The notes beneath the pieces are model-generated. The model had not been told where the DNA came from and searched no databases. It saw nothing but the letters and a program-made list of their open reading frames with translations. Positions 49,207 through 57,637 of a stretch of DNA of 64,000 nucleotides are shown in pieces; within the stretch, counting starts at the first letter, position 1, and every line of letters starts with the position of its first letter. Made by a program: the position numbers and the translations under genes. Origin of the DNA: an uncultured Candidatus Peribacteria bacterium (lineage in GTDB: Bacteria; Patescibacteriota; Gracilibacteria; Peribacterales; Peribacteraceae); NCBI GenBank assembly GCA_964640945.1, contig CAZXIV010000003.1:28083-92082 (forward strand), given 5' to 3'.

Positions 49207-52200
49207 TTAGGACCGGTAGGCCGTGGAATTCACGACCGTGTCGGGATATTCGAACCAACGAAACAATCGGTTGGTGAAGGCATCGATGTCGAACCACTCA
49301 AGGTGGCTCAGGGAGGACAACGAGCCGAAGATCGGCAGTTGGCGGTTCGAGAAGTTCTGCAGGGACGCCTGCAGGCTCGAGGTCAACGCGCCGTTCACCT
49401 TGGGATTGACGATGTTCCCCTCGAGAACAAACGTCTCATTGGCCCCGCTGTTGATGACGGTATTCATGCCGCCGCTGTAGAGATTGTTGAAGACCACCAC
49501 GAACGATCCCGTGATCGTTCCGGTGAGGACGTTGCCGGCCAGGTCATAGGCGATGCCGTAGACCTTCTGGCTTACGTCCGCTTTGTTGTAGAAGGCCAGC
49601 GAGTTAGCCTGGATGGCTACGTTCGCGGCGTTGACGTTGATGGCGATGGCGTTCAGGCCGGCCTTGTTGAGGCCGCCTTGACTGTTCGCGTTGGCCGCCG
49701 CTGAGAATGTAAACTGGCCGAAGGCCGAGACGCCGGTCGGCACGTCCGTACCATTGGTGGCCGGGTTGGCGTTGGTGATTGCAGTCACCTTCGCCCCCAC
49801 GACGTCGTTGGTGTGACTGAGAATTGGAGCGTTGACGCCCGGCGTGTTACGGCCGATGAAGACCTCGCCCTGACCCAGGGAGTCGCCGTTATTGGCGACT
49901 TGGTTGTTGGCTGATTGTAAGCCTCGCGAACGGACCGCCCCTTCGCCCGTGGCATTGTTAGCCACGGCCGTCGGGTTGATCCGAAGTTGGATGACTTCGC
50001 CCGAGATGGCGCCATTGGCGTCTGTCTTGAGCCGGGGACGGACAACGATGACGACATCGGTACCCTTTTGGACCACCAACTGATTACTTTCTAAGTTGGC
50101 GACGAAAGTTCCGGGGGCGACCAGGTCGCTACCCGCCCCCGCGAGGGTGGCAGAGGCGAACGGCGTGGTCGCGCCGGCGAAGTACAGATCGAGACGCTCC
50201 ACGGACCGAAGGGGCCCGGTGACCGACTCGAACTGCAGATCGGTAACGCTGATATCTTCATACTCCGCCCGCAGGCTAAGCTGGAGGATGGTATCCCCGA
50301 GCGCACCGGCCAGGAGTTGGCGGTTAGGCAGGGGGGTAGGATCCTGCGTCACGTACAAGTTGCCTTGCGCAACAATTGTGTAGGTGATGCTGGGAGTGGT
50401 GGTCACCGTGATCTGACCGGTGCCAGTGCCGTTGGTGTTGATGCCAACAAGGCTGGAACCGTTCGCCACCAATTGCGCTTCGAGGTACGACGAGGAATTC
50501 GTCGCGAACCCGATTTGGAGAAGGGCTCCCAAGGGAGAAGCGATCATATCGCCTTTCACCTCATAGACCGTGCTCTTGCCGGCCGGAGTAACGTACCCGC
50601 CACTGATGATACTATCGAAAATGATCGTCCCATTGGTGACAGTCACGCCGCTTTGGAGCTTGGTATCAACGACACCATCTTGGTCGGTATCGACCCAGAG
50701 GGTGTAGTTCTGAGCATCCAGCAGGTTGCCCTGCTGCGCCACGAACTGGAACTGGGTCAGCAGGACATCGGCGTCGGCGCGGACTTCGAAACGATGGAAG
50801 GTGACATTTTTCTGGTTCTTCAGCACCGTATCCGACGTACCGAGGCTTTGAACAGCCACGGCGAGGCGGGGTTCGGCGATGACCTGCGGGTTACCCTGCA
50901 GGAAACCTTGGGGGTTGATGTTGTTGACCCGTGCGCCCGTGAGGGTGCGCAGGTTGAGGTTATAGTCCGCAGTGGGCGGTTGCAGCTCCGTCCAATGGAC
51001 GAGGCCGCCGCCAACCGGGGTAGTGACGATGCCGGCGGCGATAGTATCGCCTGGCCTCACCTCATTTGGGTTGAAGTCTCCCACGATCTGAAACGTTTGA
51101 CCGTTCGTGATCATGAAATCACTGAAGTGGTAGACCTCGACGTGATCGGTCTGGTTCGCCGCGCCGCTGACCGGGTAGCCCTTCACAGTCCGTCCTGTTA
51201 ACGGATCGCGAAGATGAATTTCCTTCATCATCTCATCGACTGAGGGGGTCACCGGGGAGGCGTGGTGGTTGGAGATCACGACGAACAGATTCTGGACGCC
51301 GATCGTTTGGTTGCCGGAGACGCTGAAGGTTAGGTTGGTCAGCAGCGCGTCATGTTGATCGGGGAGGTAGACGTGGCTGTCGCCCGAGAGGGAAATGCCC
51401 ACGGACGGCGCCGGCGCGACCACGTTGGTCCTGATGCGGGCGACGTTGTTGGCATAACTGCTTTCGGGAACGGCCGTCGCCACTGAGGCGGTGACGAAGC
51501 GAACGTCCCGGTTCGCCAAGGAGGCGGTAAAGGAAATGTTCTTGACCACTTCGCCGCCGCCGCTGAGCGAACCCAGCGAGAAGACGATTTGGTTGCCGAT
51601 CTGGCGTCCACCAGCCGAGGATTCGGCCGGGTTGAACCGGTATCCGGCGGGGATAGTGATATTCAACGTGGTACTGGGGGCGATCCCCGGACTCACGTTC
51701 TTGACGGTGGCGGTGTAGAGGGCGTTGGCGCCCTGTTCCACCTGGGACGGACCGCTTAAGGTTACGGAGAGATCCGCAGCCTTCAGGCGGACCCGGGTGT
51801 TGTCCCTCGCCGTGTTATTAAAGGGGTTGTAGTCCCACGACCCTGTCCAGGCCGTGGCGGTCGTCAGAGCCAACTGGGTGGCAATGAAAGGCACCATGCC
51901 AATCGTTACGGTTTGTGACTGCCCCGGGGCAAGATCGTGAAACTTTAGTACCGCGTCGTCGCCCGATTGCCAGGTAAGGACACCAGGCGTGGTGGCTGAG
52001 AGGTCAATTGCCGCGCCTAGCGGCATGTCCAGGAACGCCTGATTGTTGCGCGCGTACCCCGGACCACTGTTACTCAGCGTGACGCTGACTTTTGCAGTGT
52101 CGCCGACGTAGACTTGAGCGGGCGCATCCACTTGGATGCGCACATCAGCAAAGTTACTGAAGGGAATGCTCGCGCTAGCAGGCACTTCCCGTTCTTCCAG

Positions 52201-52359
52201 CCGTTCCACTTGCAGGCGGATCTGGTGGGTGGCGCCAGCTGGCGGAGACTTGCGGCCGCGGGCACTGAGAAACGAGAAGAGATTGAACGGATTCATCGAG
52301 CGTCCTTTAAGACGTAGTTGAAAGAGTCGTCGGTTTGAAAGAATGCGCAACACACGCAT
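49207..52359 (-). CDS. Large secreted protein with DUF11/CARDB-like and Ig-like beta repeats
   Basis: N-terminal region RLQVERLEEREVPASA, DUF11-like segments (VSVTLSNSGPGYARN; YTATVKNVSPGIAPSTTLNITIPAGY) and Thr/Asn/Gly/Val-rich beta-repeat composition throughout. Confidence 0.75.
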   Translation of the reverse strand: MRVLRILSNRRLFQLRLKGRSMNPFNLFSFLSARGRKSPPAGATHQIRLQVERLEEREVPASASIPFSNFADVRIQVDAPAQVYVGDTAKVSVTLSNSGPGYARNNQAFLDMPLGAAIDLSATTPGVLTWQSGDDAVLKFHDLAPGQSQTVTIGMVPFIATQLALTTATAWTGSWDYNPFNNTARDNTRVRLKAADLSVTLSGPSQVEQGANALYTATVKNVSPGIAPSTTLNITIPAGYRFNPAESSAGGRQIGNQIVFSLGSLSGGGEVVKNISFTASLANRDVRFVTASVATAVPESSYANNVARIRTNVVAPAPSVGISLSGDSHVYLPDQHDALLTNLTFSVSGNQTIGVQNLFVVISNHHASPVTPSVDEMMKEIHLRDPLTGRTVKGYPVSGAANQTDHVEVYHFSDFMITNGQTFQIVGDFNPNEVRPGDTIAAGIVTTPVGGGLVHWTELQPPTADYNLNLRTLTGARVNNINPQGFLQGNPQVIAEPRLAVAVQSLGTSDTVLKNQKNVTFHRFEVRADADVLLTQFQFVAQQGNLLDAQNYTLWVDTDQDGVVDTKLQSGVTVTNGTIIFDSIISGGYVTPAGKSTVYEVKGDMIASPLGALLQIGFATNSSSYLEAQLVANGSSLVGINTNGTGTGQITVTTTPSITYTIVAQGNLYVTQDPTPLPNRQLLAGALGDTILQLSLRAEYEDISVTDLQFESVTGPLRSVERLDLYFAGATTPFASATLAGAGSDLVAPGTFVANLESNQLVVQKGTDVVIVVRPRLKTDANGAISGEVIQLRINPTAVANNATGEGAVRSRGLQSANNQVANNGDSLGQGEVFIGRNTPGVNAPILSHTNDVVGAKVTAITNANPATNGTDVPTGVSAFGQFTFSAAANANSQGGLNKAGLNAIAINVNAANVAIQANSLAFYNKADVSQKVYGIAYDLAGNVLTGTITGSFVVVFNNLYSGGMNTVINSGANETFVLEGNIVNPKVNGALTSSLQASLQNFSNRQLPIFGSLSSLSHLEWFDIDAFTNRLFRWFEYPDTVVNSTAYRS

Positions 52360-52392
52360 CTGTCATGCGTAAACCGACGTGTGAGCTTTGGT

Positions 52393-52420
52393 ATTTTATT
52401 GATTTATTGATTTTTGTCAA
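52393..52420 (-). promoter_or_regulatory. Sigma70-type promoter for the secreted-protein gene
   Basis: On the minus strand: TTGACA (52420-52415), a 16-nt spacer and TAAAAT (52398-52393), about 35 nt upstream of the ORF start, in an AT-rich gap. Confidence 0.4.
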
Positions 52421-52555
52421 TGTATACATCCATAGCGTAGAGATGAATCAAAGACCGATATCCGCTGGACTGTCTACCGTCACACACTCATGAATGCACC
52501 GGCAGATACAGACGTTTGCCATAATTGAATAAAAAATGTATTCAATTGAAAAACT

Positions 52556-52582
52556 AAAAAATAAGCCCCGCCGAGGCGGGGC
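52556..52582 (-). terminator. Rho-independent terminator of the aquaporin gene
   Basis: Perfect stem GCCCCGCC/GGCGGGGC with a 2-nt loop at 52565-52582, followed on the minus strand by TTATTTTTT. Confidence 0.6.
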
Positions 52583-52604
52583 CGGACAAGTGGCGCGAAC
52601 GCGC

Positions 52605-53243
52605 TCACTGGCCCTGATGTTGCTGGTGGTGATCGTTGATGAGATAGCGGTAGAGCCAAGCCGCAACGACGGCACCGACGATGGGGGCAATGAGGTGCGA
52701 GAGGCTGAAGAAGCGGAGCGAGACAGCGACGGCCGGGTTGAGCACGCCGGCGGCACCAGCCGAGAGGAGCGTGGCGACCAACGAGCCGAGCAGCAAGCTG
52801 CCGCCCACCGTAAAGCCCGAAGCGCCCGCCGTGGCGCGACCGGAAGTGGCGGCGTAGACACCAAACGAGAGCAGGCCGGCGCCGAACGCTTCCAAGCAGG
52901 CGATCAAAAAACTATCCGTGGGTGCAACCTGGGGGAGTGTCGGGAGAACTGCCCAGATGGCGAGTAGCGCGAGCATGCCACCGATGAGCTGGGCGGCGAT
53001 GTACGGGACGGCATTGGCCGCCGAGATGCGGCCGACGCTCCACTGGGCAATCGTGATGGCCGGGTTGACGTGGCTCCCGCTAATGGGGCCCAGAATGTAG
53101 ACAAGGAGCATGAGGGTGAGACCGGCGATCACCGGCGTGACGGGCGACGTGGCCGGGTTTGTAGCCGAGGCCAAGACGCAAAACGCGAGGATGAACGTGC
53201 CGAGACATTCGGCACTGTAGGCTCGGGCATGGGCGCTTTTCAT
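52605..53243 (-). CDS. MIP-family channel (aquaporin/glycerol facilitator)
   Basis: Two NPA boxes, SGSHVNPAITIA and GVLNPAVAVS, and six TM segments. Start was moved to the ATG at 53243 (MKSAHARAY). Confidence 0.9.
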   Translation of the reverse strand: MKSAHARAYSAECLGTFILAFCVLASATNPATSPVTPVIAGLTLMLLVYILGPISGSHVNPAITIAQWSVGRISAANAVPYIAAQLIGGMLALLAIWAVLPTLPQVAPTDSFLIACLEAFGAGLLSFGVYAATSGRATAGASGFTVGGSLLLGSLVATLLSAGAAGVLNPAVAVSLRFFSLSHLIAPIVGAVVAAWLYRYLINDHHQQHQGQ

Positions 53244-53355
53244 AGGAGGAAGGGGGGAAAGCGGAACGCTCCGATGGTAGCAGAGCACTTGGCCGCCGTT
53301 GCTTGCGAGGGCTAGAAATGGATGGTATTTTGCATTCCTTTACTCCTCTCCTCCC

Positions 53356-54216
53356 ATGAACCGCCGCCTCTTCCTTGGAACCGTCCTGGCTCTAGCCGCC
53401 CTCACTGCGCCCACAAGCGCCCTGGCCGCCACTGACACCCTGACGGAACACCAGAAGCTGGCCGTGTCGTACGCGGTGGAGGCTGGAATCATGACGATGG
53501 AGCATGGCGGCCTGGAGGCCGACGCCACCGTCACCCGTCGCGACCTGGTACTGATGACGCTGCACCGCATTTACCCGAACCGCGATTTTGGCCGCTGCTT
53601 CGAGTGGATCGCCCCCTCGCTGCCGATCAAGTACACCAAGCTCTTTGCTGATGTACTCCTGACAGACGCCTCGGCGGAGGCCTTTTGCGGCGCGATGGTG
53701 ATGGGCCTGATTTCTGGCCAGCCCGATGGCTCCCTAAAGCCCGATACCGAAGTGTCTCTGGCCGAAGCCGCCAAGGTGATCAGCCGCGGGTTTGGCATCT
53801 ATCAGTTCGGCCGCATCGATCCCCCGCACTTCCCCTGGTACATCCAATACACCGACCCGCTCGTGGAGCACGGCGCCATGCCCGAGGGCTTAGGACCCGA
53901 GAACGCCCGCCAGCGCCTGACGCGCGCCCAGGTGGCCGAGATCTTCTACGCGCTGCGCAACACCGACGTCACGCCCGATTTCCAACCGGCGCGGGCGGCG
54001 GCCATGATCGAAGCCGCCAACCCCACTACCAAGCGCGCTGCCACACCCGTCGTGACCGCGCCGACCGCGGCGGCCACGGCCATCGCCCAGGTAACGCGCT
54101 TCACCCTCGCCAACGCTGGCCAGCCGCTCCCGAGCCGCCGCCAGCTTGTGGCGGACGCCTTACTTCGCCAGTTTTTGGCCAGCCAGGCTATCCGCCCGGT
54201 CGTCGTTACGCTGTAA
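53356..54216 (+). CDS. Secreted protein with degenerate SLH-like repeats
   Basis: Signal MNRRLFLGTVLALAALTAPTSALA. SLH-like blocks (FADVLLTDASAEAFCGAMVMGLISGQPDGSLKPDTEVSLAEAAKVI). Confidence 0.6.
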   Translation: MNRRLFLGTVLALAALTAPTSALAATDTLTEHQKLAVSYAVEAGIMTMEHGGLEADATVTRRDLVLMTLHRIYPNRDFGRCFEWIAPSLPIKYTKLFADVLLTDASAEAFCGAMVMGLISGQPDGSLKPDTEVSLAEAAKVISRGFGIYQFGRIDPPHFPWYIQYTDPLVEHGAMPEGLGPENARQRLTRAQVAEIFYALRNTDVTPDFQPARAAAMIEAANPTTKRAATPVVTAPTAAATAIAQVTRFTLANAGQPLPSRRQLVADALLRQFLASQAIRPVVVTL

Positions 54217-54619
54217 GCACCGCTTCCTCTGCTTGTTTCTCACGCAGGATGTGTTCAACGTCGATTTCCCAACTGTCTTTCGCCTCCCACGAACCAAGAC
54301 AATGAAGCAGAAAGCTCCGGACGAGCCGGCGACAGCAATCGAGACTCGTCCGACTGTCTTCGCAAAGGTCTTGGTGGAGCATGAGTAAGAAATCCCAGAC
54401 TTCACGCGTGGGATTACTCTCATAACAGGGGTCATTGTAGAGATCGATCACGCGATCGCGGAAGGCTTGGATGCGGGCGAGTACCAAGGCGGGATGCATG
54501 TCGGGCCGACACCATTCGTCGACGAGGTCTACCCCGGGCAACTGCAGGGCCGTCGCCAGGGTGGAGACCAGGGTGCCAAGCTCTTCGTGCCGCGAGGGCT
54601 GATTGCGCATCCCGGGCAT
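54206..54619 (-). CDS. Hypothetical protein (137 aa)
   Basis: ORF with moderate GC and no motif. Converges on the previous gene with an 11-nt overlap. Confidence 0.4.
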   Translation of the reverse strand: MPGMRNQPSRHEELGTLVSTLATALQLPGVDLVDEWCRPDMHPALVLARIQAFRDRVIDLYNDPCYESNPTREVWDFLLMLHQDLCEDSRTSLDCCRRLVRSFLLHCLGSWEAKDSWEIDVEHILREKQAEEAVLTA

Positions 54620-54699
54620 TCAAGCGGCCGATCGGAGAAGCGTCAAATCTGAAATTCCTGTAGATGGCTTACTGAAGCCATTTATATAGACATACAATA

Positions 54700-54743
54700 C
54701 TATGTATAGAGAAATACATCGATCCCTAAAATCTATGTATAAT
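54700..54743 (+). promoter_or_regulatory. Putative promoter/operator of the Phd/Doc-like pair
   Basis: Direct repeat CTATGTATA at 54700-54708 and 54733-54741, 33 bp apart. Inverted repeat ATGTAT-n6-ATACAT at 54702-54719. TATAAT at 54738-54743 lies only 9 nt before the ATG at 54753. Confidence 0.35.
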
Positions 54744-54752
54744 TTCTCGCCC

Positions 54753-55064
54753 ATGACAATTATCCTTCCCACTGTGGCCGTTTCGGAGCTGCAACGAAGC
54801 ACCAAGCGTGTGCTCGATGAGCTGCGCCCCTTTGCCCTAGTGCAGAGTCATGGCCGAACAAAAGGCCTATTACTGTCAGCAGAATTGGGTGAACGCTTAC
54901 TCGCCGACGGCACGCTCACCCGATTGCTTGAAATCCCCACTGATGATGAGAAGCAGGAACGTCCAAGGGAGGAGACGGCGCGCACTACTTCTGGCTCGAG
55001 CACGCACCTCGCCACACTCGCCGATCTGACAGGCAATATTCTTTCCGCCCTCGGCGACCGATGA
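54753..55064 (+). CDS. Phd/YefM-like antitoxin candidate
   Basis: MTIILPTVAVSELQRSTKRVLDELRPFALVQSHGRTKGLLLSAELGERL matches the Phd/YefM N-terminal fold pattern. Acidic/disordered C-terminus. ATGA overlap with the downstream gene. Confidence 0.55.
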   Translation: MTIILPTVAVSELQRSTKRVLDELRPFALVQSHGRTKGLLLSAELGERLLADGTLTRLLEIPTDDEKQERPREETARTTSGSSTHLATLADLTGNILSALGDR

Positions 55065-55564
55065 TCACGACGACGCCGACCATCGATGAGTGCGAGACTG
55101 AGATCTTCCGACTGGTGGAGAGCCGGCTCCGACGTGGTGAAACCTCATTCGCTTTTGGAGCCGAGCCCGGAGCGTGCCGCCATCTGCAAACACTGCTGCA
55201 CCTGGCTGCGACCCAATTCTCCACCGAGCCGTTGGCGGCGGTGGCCTATCTCTTCACGACGATCATTGGGCAGCGGCCGTTCTCGCGCGGCAACGAAGCG
55301 TTGGCTGTCGCCCTTACCAGCGACGTGCTCCTTAGAAGCGGCCTCACCATTCACGAACCGCCGCCCGAAACGGTGCGCGAGCAGCTCAAATGGCTTTTCC
55401 CGCGCCTCCAGTGGGAAGAGAGGGGAGATCTGGTGCAGGGGTACGAGCTCCTTTTCTATTACCTGGCCCGCGTGCTGGCCGATCCCGCCCAAAAAGGCGC
55501 TCTCACGCTCGCGCAAGAGCAGGCCGCGGTCCGTCACCTCCTACCGCTGGTCGCCAGCGCGTAA
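55061..55564 (+). CDS. Doc/Fic-fold protein with degenerate active-site motif
   Basis: AAVAYLFTTIIGQRPFSRGNEALAVALTSDVLLRSGLTI aligns with Doc ...GHIFNDANKRTAL..FLRRNG. However, the Fic motif HxFxxGNxR reads (Q)RPFSRGNEA, with the His and Arg absent. Confidence 0.5.
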   Translation: MITTTPTIDECETEIFRLVESRLRRGETSFAFGAEPGACRHLQTLLHLAATQFSTEPLAAVAYLFTTIIGQRPFSRGNEALAVALTSDVLLRSGLTIHEPPPETVREQLKWLFPRLQWEERGDLVQGYELLFYYLARVLADPAQKGALTLAQEQAAVRHLLPLVASA

Positions 55565-55633
55565 GCCGCCTCGAGGAGGGCGCGATCCTACCTATTGCGC
55601 CGGGCAGTAGCCTTCCCTAGTCTCAACCACTCC

Positions 55634-56689
55634 ATGAAGATTGCTCTCGACTTAGCCGGCGGCGACGATCGGCAGGCCTGCCTACAAGGCGGAATCATGG
55701 CCCTCGTACAGGACCCGACCCTGGAGCTGACCATCGTCGGCCTCGAGCAGGACGAATGCCAGATGCGGGCGGTGCTGATGGCCCTTCAGAGTGACATCGG
55801 GGACCGCGTATCGCTCCTCACCGCGACCGAAGAGATGCCCAAGGATATTCCGGAAGGCACCGTCTACCGCAGCCGCGCCACCACCATGGCCCGCGCCATG
55901 GCGCTCGTGGAAGACGGCCAAGCCGCAGGCATGGTGAGCGCGGGTAACACCGCCGGACTGGTGGCCCAGAGCCTCCGCCTCGGCCGCTTTAAAGGAACGA
56001 AACCCGCACTGGCAGCCATCATCCCCGCCACCGCCGGCCACGACGTGGTCTACGTGGACGCGGGCGCCAATCCCAACACGAACGCTGAACAACTTGCCCA
56101 AAATCTGCGCTGGGGCATCTCATACGCCAAAGCCCTGTTTGGACGAGAGGAACCGCAAGCAGCGTTCTTGAATGTGGGAATCGAGCCCGGCAAGGGCAGC
56201 CAGACCATCCTCGACGCCCGGAAGATGATCGAAAAAGAGGGCGGCGTGCGCTTCGCGGGCTTCGGCAACGCCGAACCGGATCATGTCTTTAGCGGCGAAC
56301 TGCCACCCCGTCTCGGCGAAGAGGAGCCGATTCGCCTCGACATCGTGGCCGCCGACGGCTTGAGCGGGAACATCGGCCTCAAGACACTGAAGGCCTCGGC
56401 CAAGGCGCTGCTCACGTTTTTGAAGCAACGCATCGCCGCGCGCTCGCGCCTGTCACCCGTGCGCCTGGCCGAAGAGATCGCCGCGCTCACCCTCAAGTAC
56501 GAACTGCTCGGCATCCTCGACGACTACCAGGATAAGGTGGGCGGCGGCACGATGATGGGCATCGACGGCATCGTCACGAAAGTGCACGGCTCATCGAAGG
56601 CGCAGCACGTGAAAGGGGGTGTCTTGCGCACCAAGGCCTTGGTCGAGAATGGCTTCCTGGAAAAGATGCGGCCATCACGCTCGGCGTAA
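55634..56689 (+). CDS. plsX: Phosphate acyltransferase PlsX
   Basis: MKIALDLAGGDD start, VSAGNTAG, VVYVDAGAN and TKVHGSSKA blocks are typical of PlsX. Confidence 0.9.
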   Translation: MKIALDLAGGDDRQACLQGGIMALVQDPTLELTIVGLEQDECQMRAVLMALQSDIGDRVSLLTATEEMPKDIPEGTVYRSRATTMARAMALVEDGQAAGMVSAGNTAGLVAQSLRLGRFKGTKPALAAIIPATAGHDVVYVDAGANPNTNAEQLAQNLRWGISYAKALFGREEPQAAFLNVGIEPGKGSQTILDARKMIEKEGGVRFAGFGNAEPDHVFSGELPPRLGEEEPIRLDIVAADGLSGNIGLKTLKASAKALLTFLKQRIAARSRLSPVRLAEEIAALTLKYELLGILDDYQDKVGGGTMMGIDGIVTKVHGSSKAQHVKGGVLRTKALVENGFLEKMRPSRSA

Positions 56690-56695
56690 GTGTTG

Positions 56696-56905
56696 TTACC
56701 CCTGGCGGTACGTGAGGTAACAGGCCGCGCAGTATTTCTTATTGGCCGGAATCGGGACGCTGCAAATCTTGCAAGGGTGACCGCCGTACTCGGCAAAGTC
56801 TTTGGCGTGCTCGGCGGGCGACTGGGGATAGGGCGGCTTGTTGCTGCCACCAACGAGCGAGCGGAACTTGGCGATGAGCGCGGGCAACAGAACCATACGC
56901 TGCAT
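56696..56905 (-). CDS. Small zinc-ribbon protein candidate (69 aa)
   Basis: MQRMVLL... ends in CKICSVPIPANKKYCAACY (CxxC-n10-CxxC). The upstream part of the tracked ORF overlaps the M23 gene antisense and was trimmed. Confidence 0.35.
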   Translation of the reverse strand: MQRMVLLPALIAKFRSLVGGSNKPPYPQSPAEHAKDFAEYGGHPCKICSVPIPANKKYCAACYLTYRQG

Positions 56906-56935
56906 GATACTCCGCTGGACGACGCGGCGTAAGAA

Positions 56936-57637
56936 ATGACCCGAGATGACGTCTACGTCTCTATGACCTTCACTCCTCTCCCGCTTTCCACGCTCCTCAC
57001 GGCCCTCTCCTTCGGCCTGCTCGCCGGTTGCAGCACCATTAGCGCCCTGCACGAACCCCTGCCCAACGCCAGCCACCGGGCGACGCCGCTCCATTTTGGC
57101 CTGCAGGTATCGCCTAACCCGGACGAGAACCCCATCGATCCCCCCGAGCGTTTCAGTGGCTACCACGCTGCCACAGACTACGAGGTGTCGGCGGGCGAAG
57201 TGGACGGTGATGTGCCGGTCTACGCCATTTGCGATGGCGAGGTGGCCTTTAGTGGCTTCGCCGGCGGCTATGGCGGCCTAGTGGTGCAGCGCTGCGTCAT
57301 CCAAGGCGCACTGGCGACCGTGCTCTACGGGCATCTACAGATTGCCAGCCTGCCAGAAGAAGGCGCGGAGCTGGAGGCCGGCGATGCCATCGGGCTCCTG
57401 GGCGCCGCCCGCAGTTACGACACCGACGGCAACCGCAAGCACCTCCACCTAGGCATCCACAAGGGGCGCCGGCTCGACGTGCGCGGCTATGTGCAGAGCC
57501 AGGCTGAGCTAGCAGAGTACTTGGACCCCGCTACGGTGCTGGCCCAAGAAATGATCAACCTACCGGGCCAGAGCCCGGGCGAGACACCCTACTGGCAGAA
57601 GACGGGCAGCGGCTCGTCGCTGAGCTCAGGGGAGTAA
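56936..57637 (+). CDS. M23 (LytM-type) metallopeptidase lipoprotein
   Basis: Lipobox LLAGC, then GYHAATDY (HxxxD), PVYAICDGEV and KHLHLGIH (HxH). Alternative start at 56963. Confidence 0.85.
   Translation: MTRDDVYVSMTFTPLPLSTLLTALSFGLLAGCSTISALHEPLPNASHRATPLHFGLQVSPNPDENPIDPPERFSGYHAATDYEVSAGEVDGDVPVYAICDGEVAFSGFAGGYGGLVVQRCVIQGALATVLYGHLQIASLPEEGAELEAGDAIGLLGAARSYDTDGNRKHLHLGIHKGRRLDVRGYVQSQAELAEYLDPATVLAQEMINLPGQSPGETPYWQKTGSGSSLSSGE

Noticed and set aside
52448-52967. ORFs 52448-52864 (-) and 52536-52967 (+) overlapping the aquaporin gene and its terminator.
   Set aside because: The 52605-53243 frame carries two NPA boxes. The alternatives cross a clear intrinsic terminator and have shadow-ORF composition.
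56696-57166. Full 156-aa minus-strand ORF overlapping the start of the M23 peptidase gene.
   Set aside because: The N-terminal 87 residues are antisense to the M23 gene and are Gly/Arg/Glu-rich. Only the C-terminal 69 aa (zinc-ribbon part, 56696-56905) is a plausible gene, and it was kept at low confidence.
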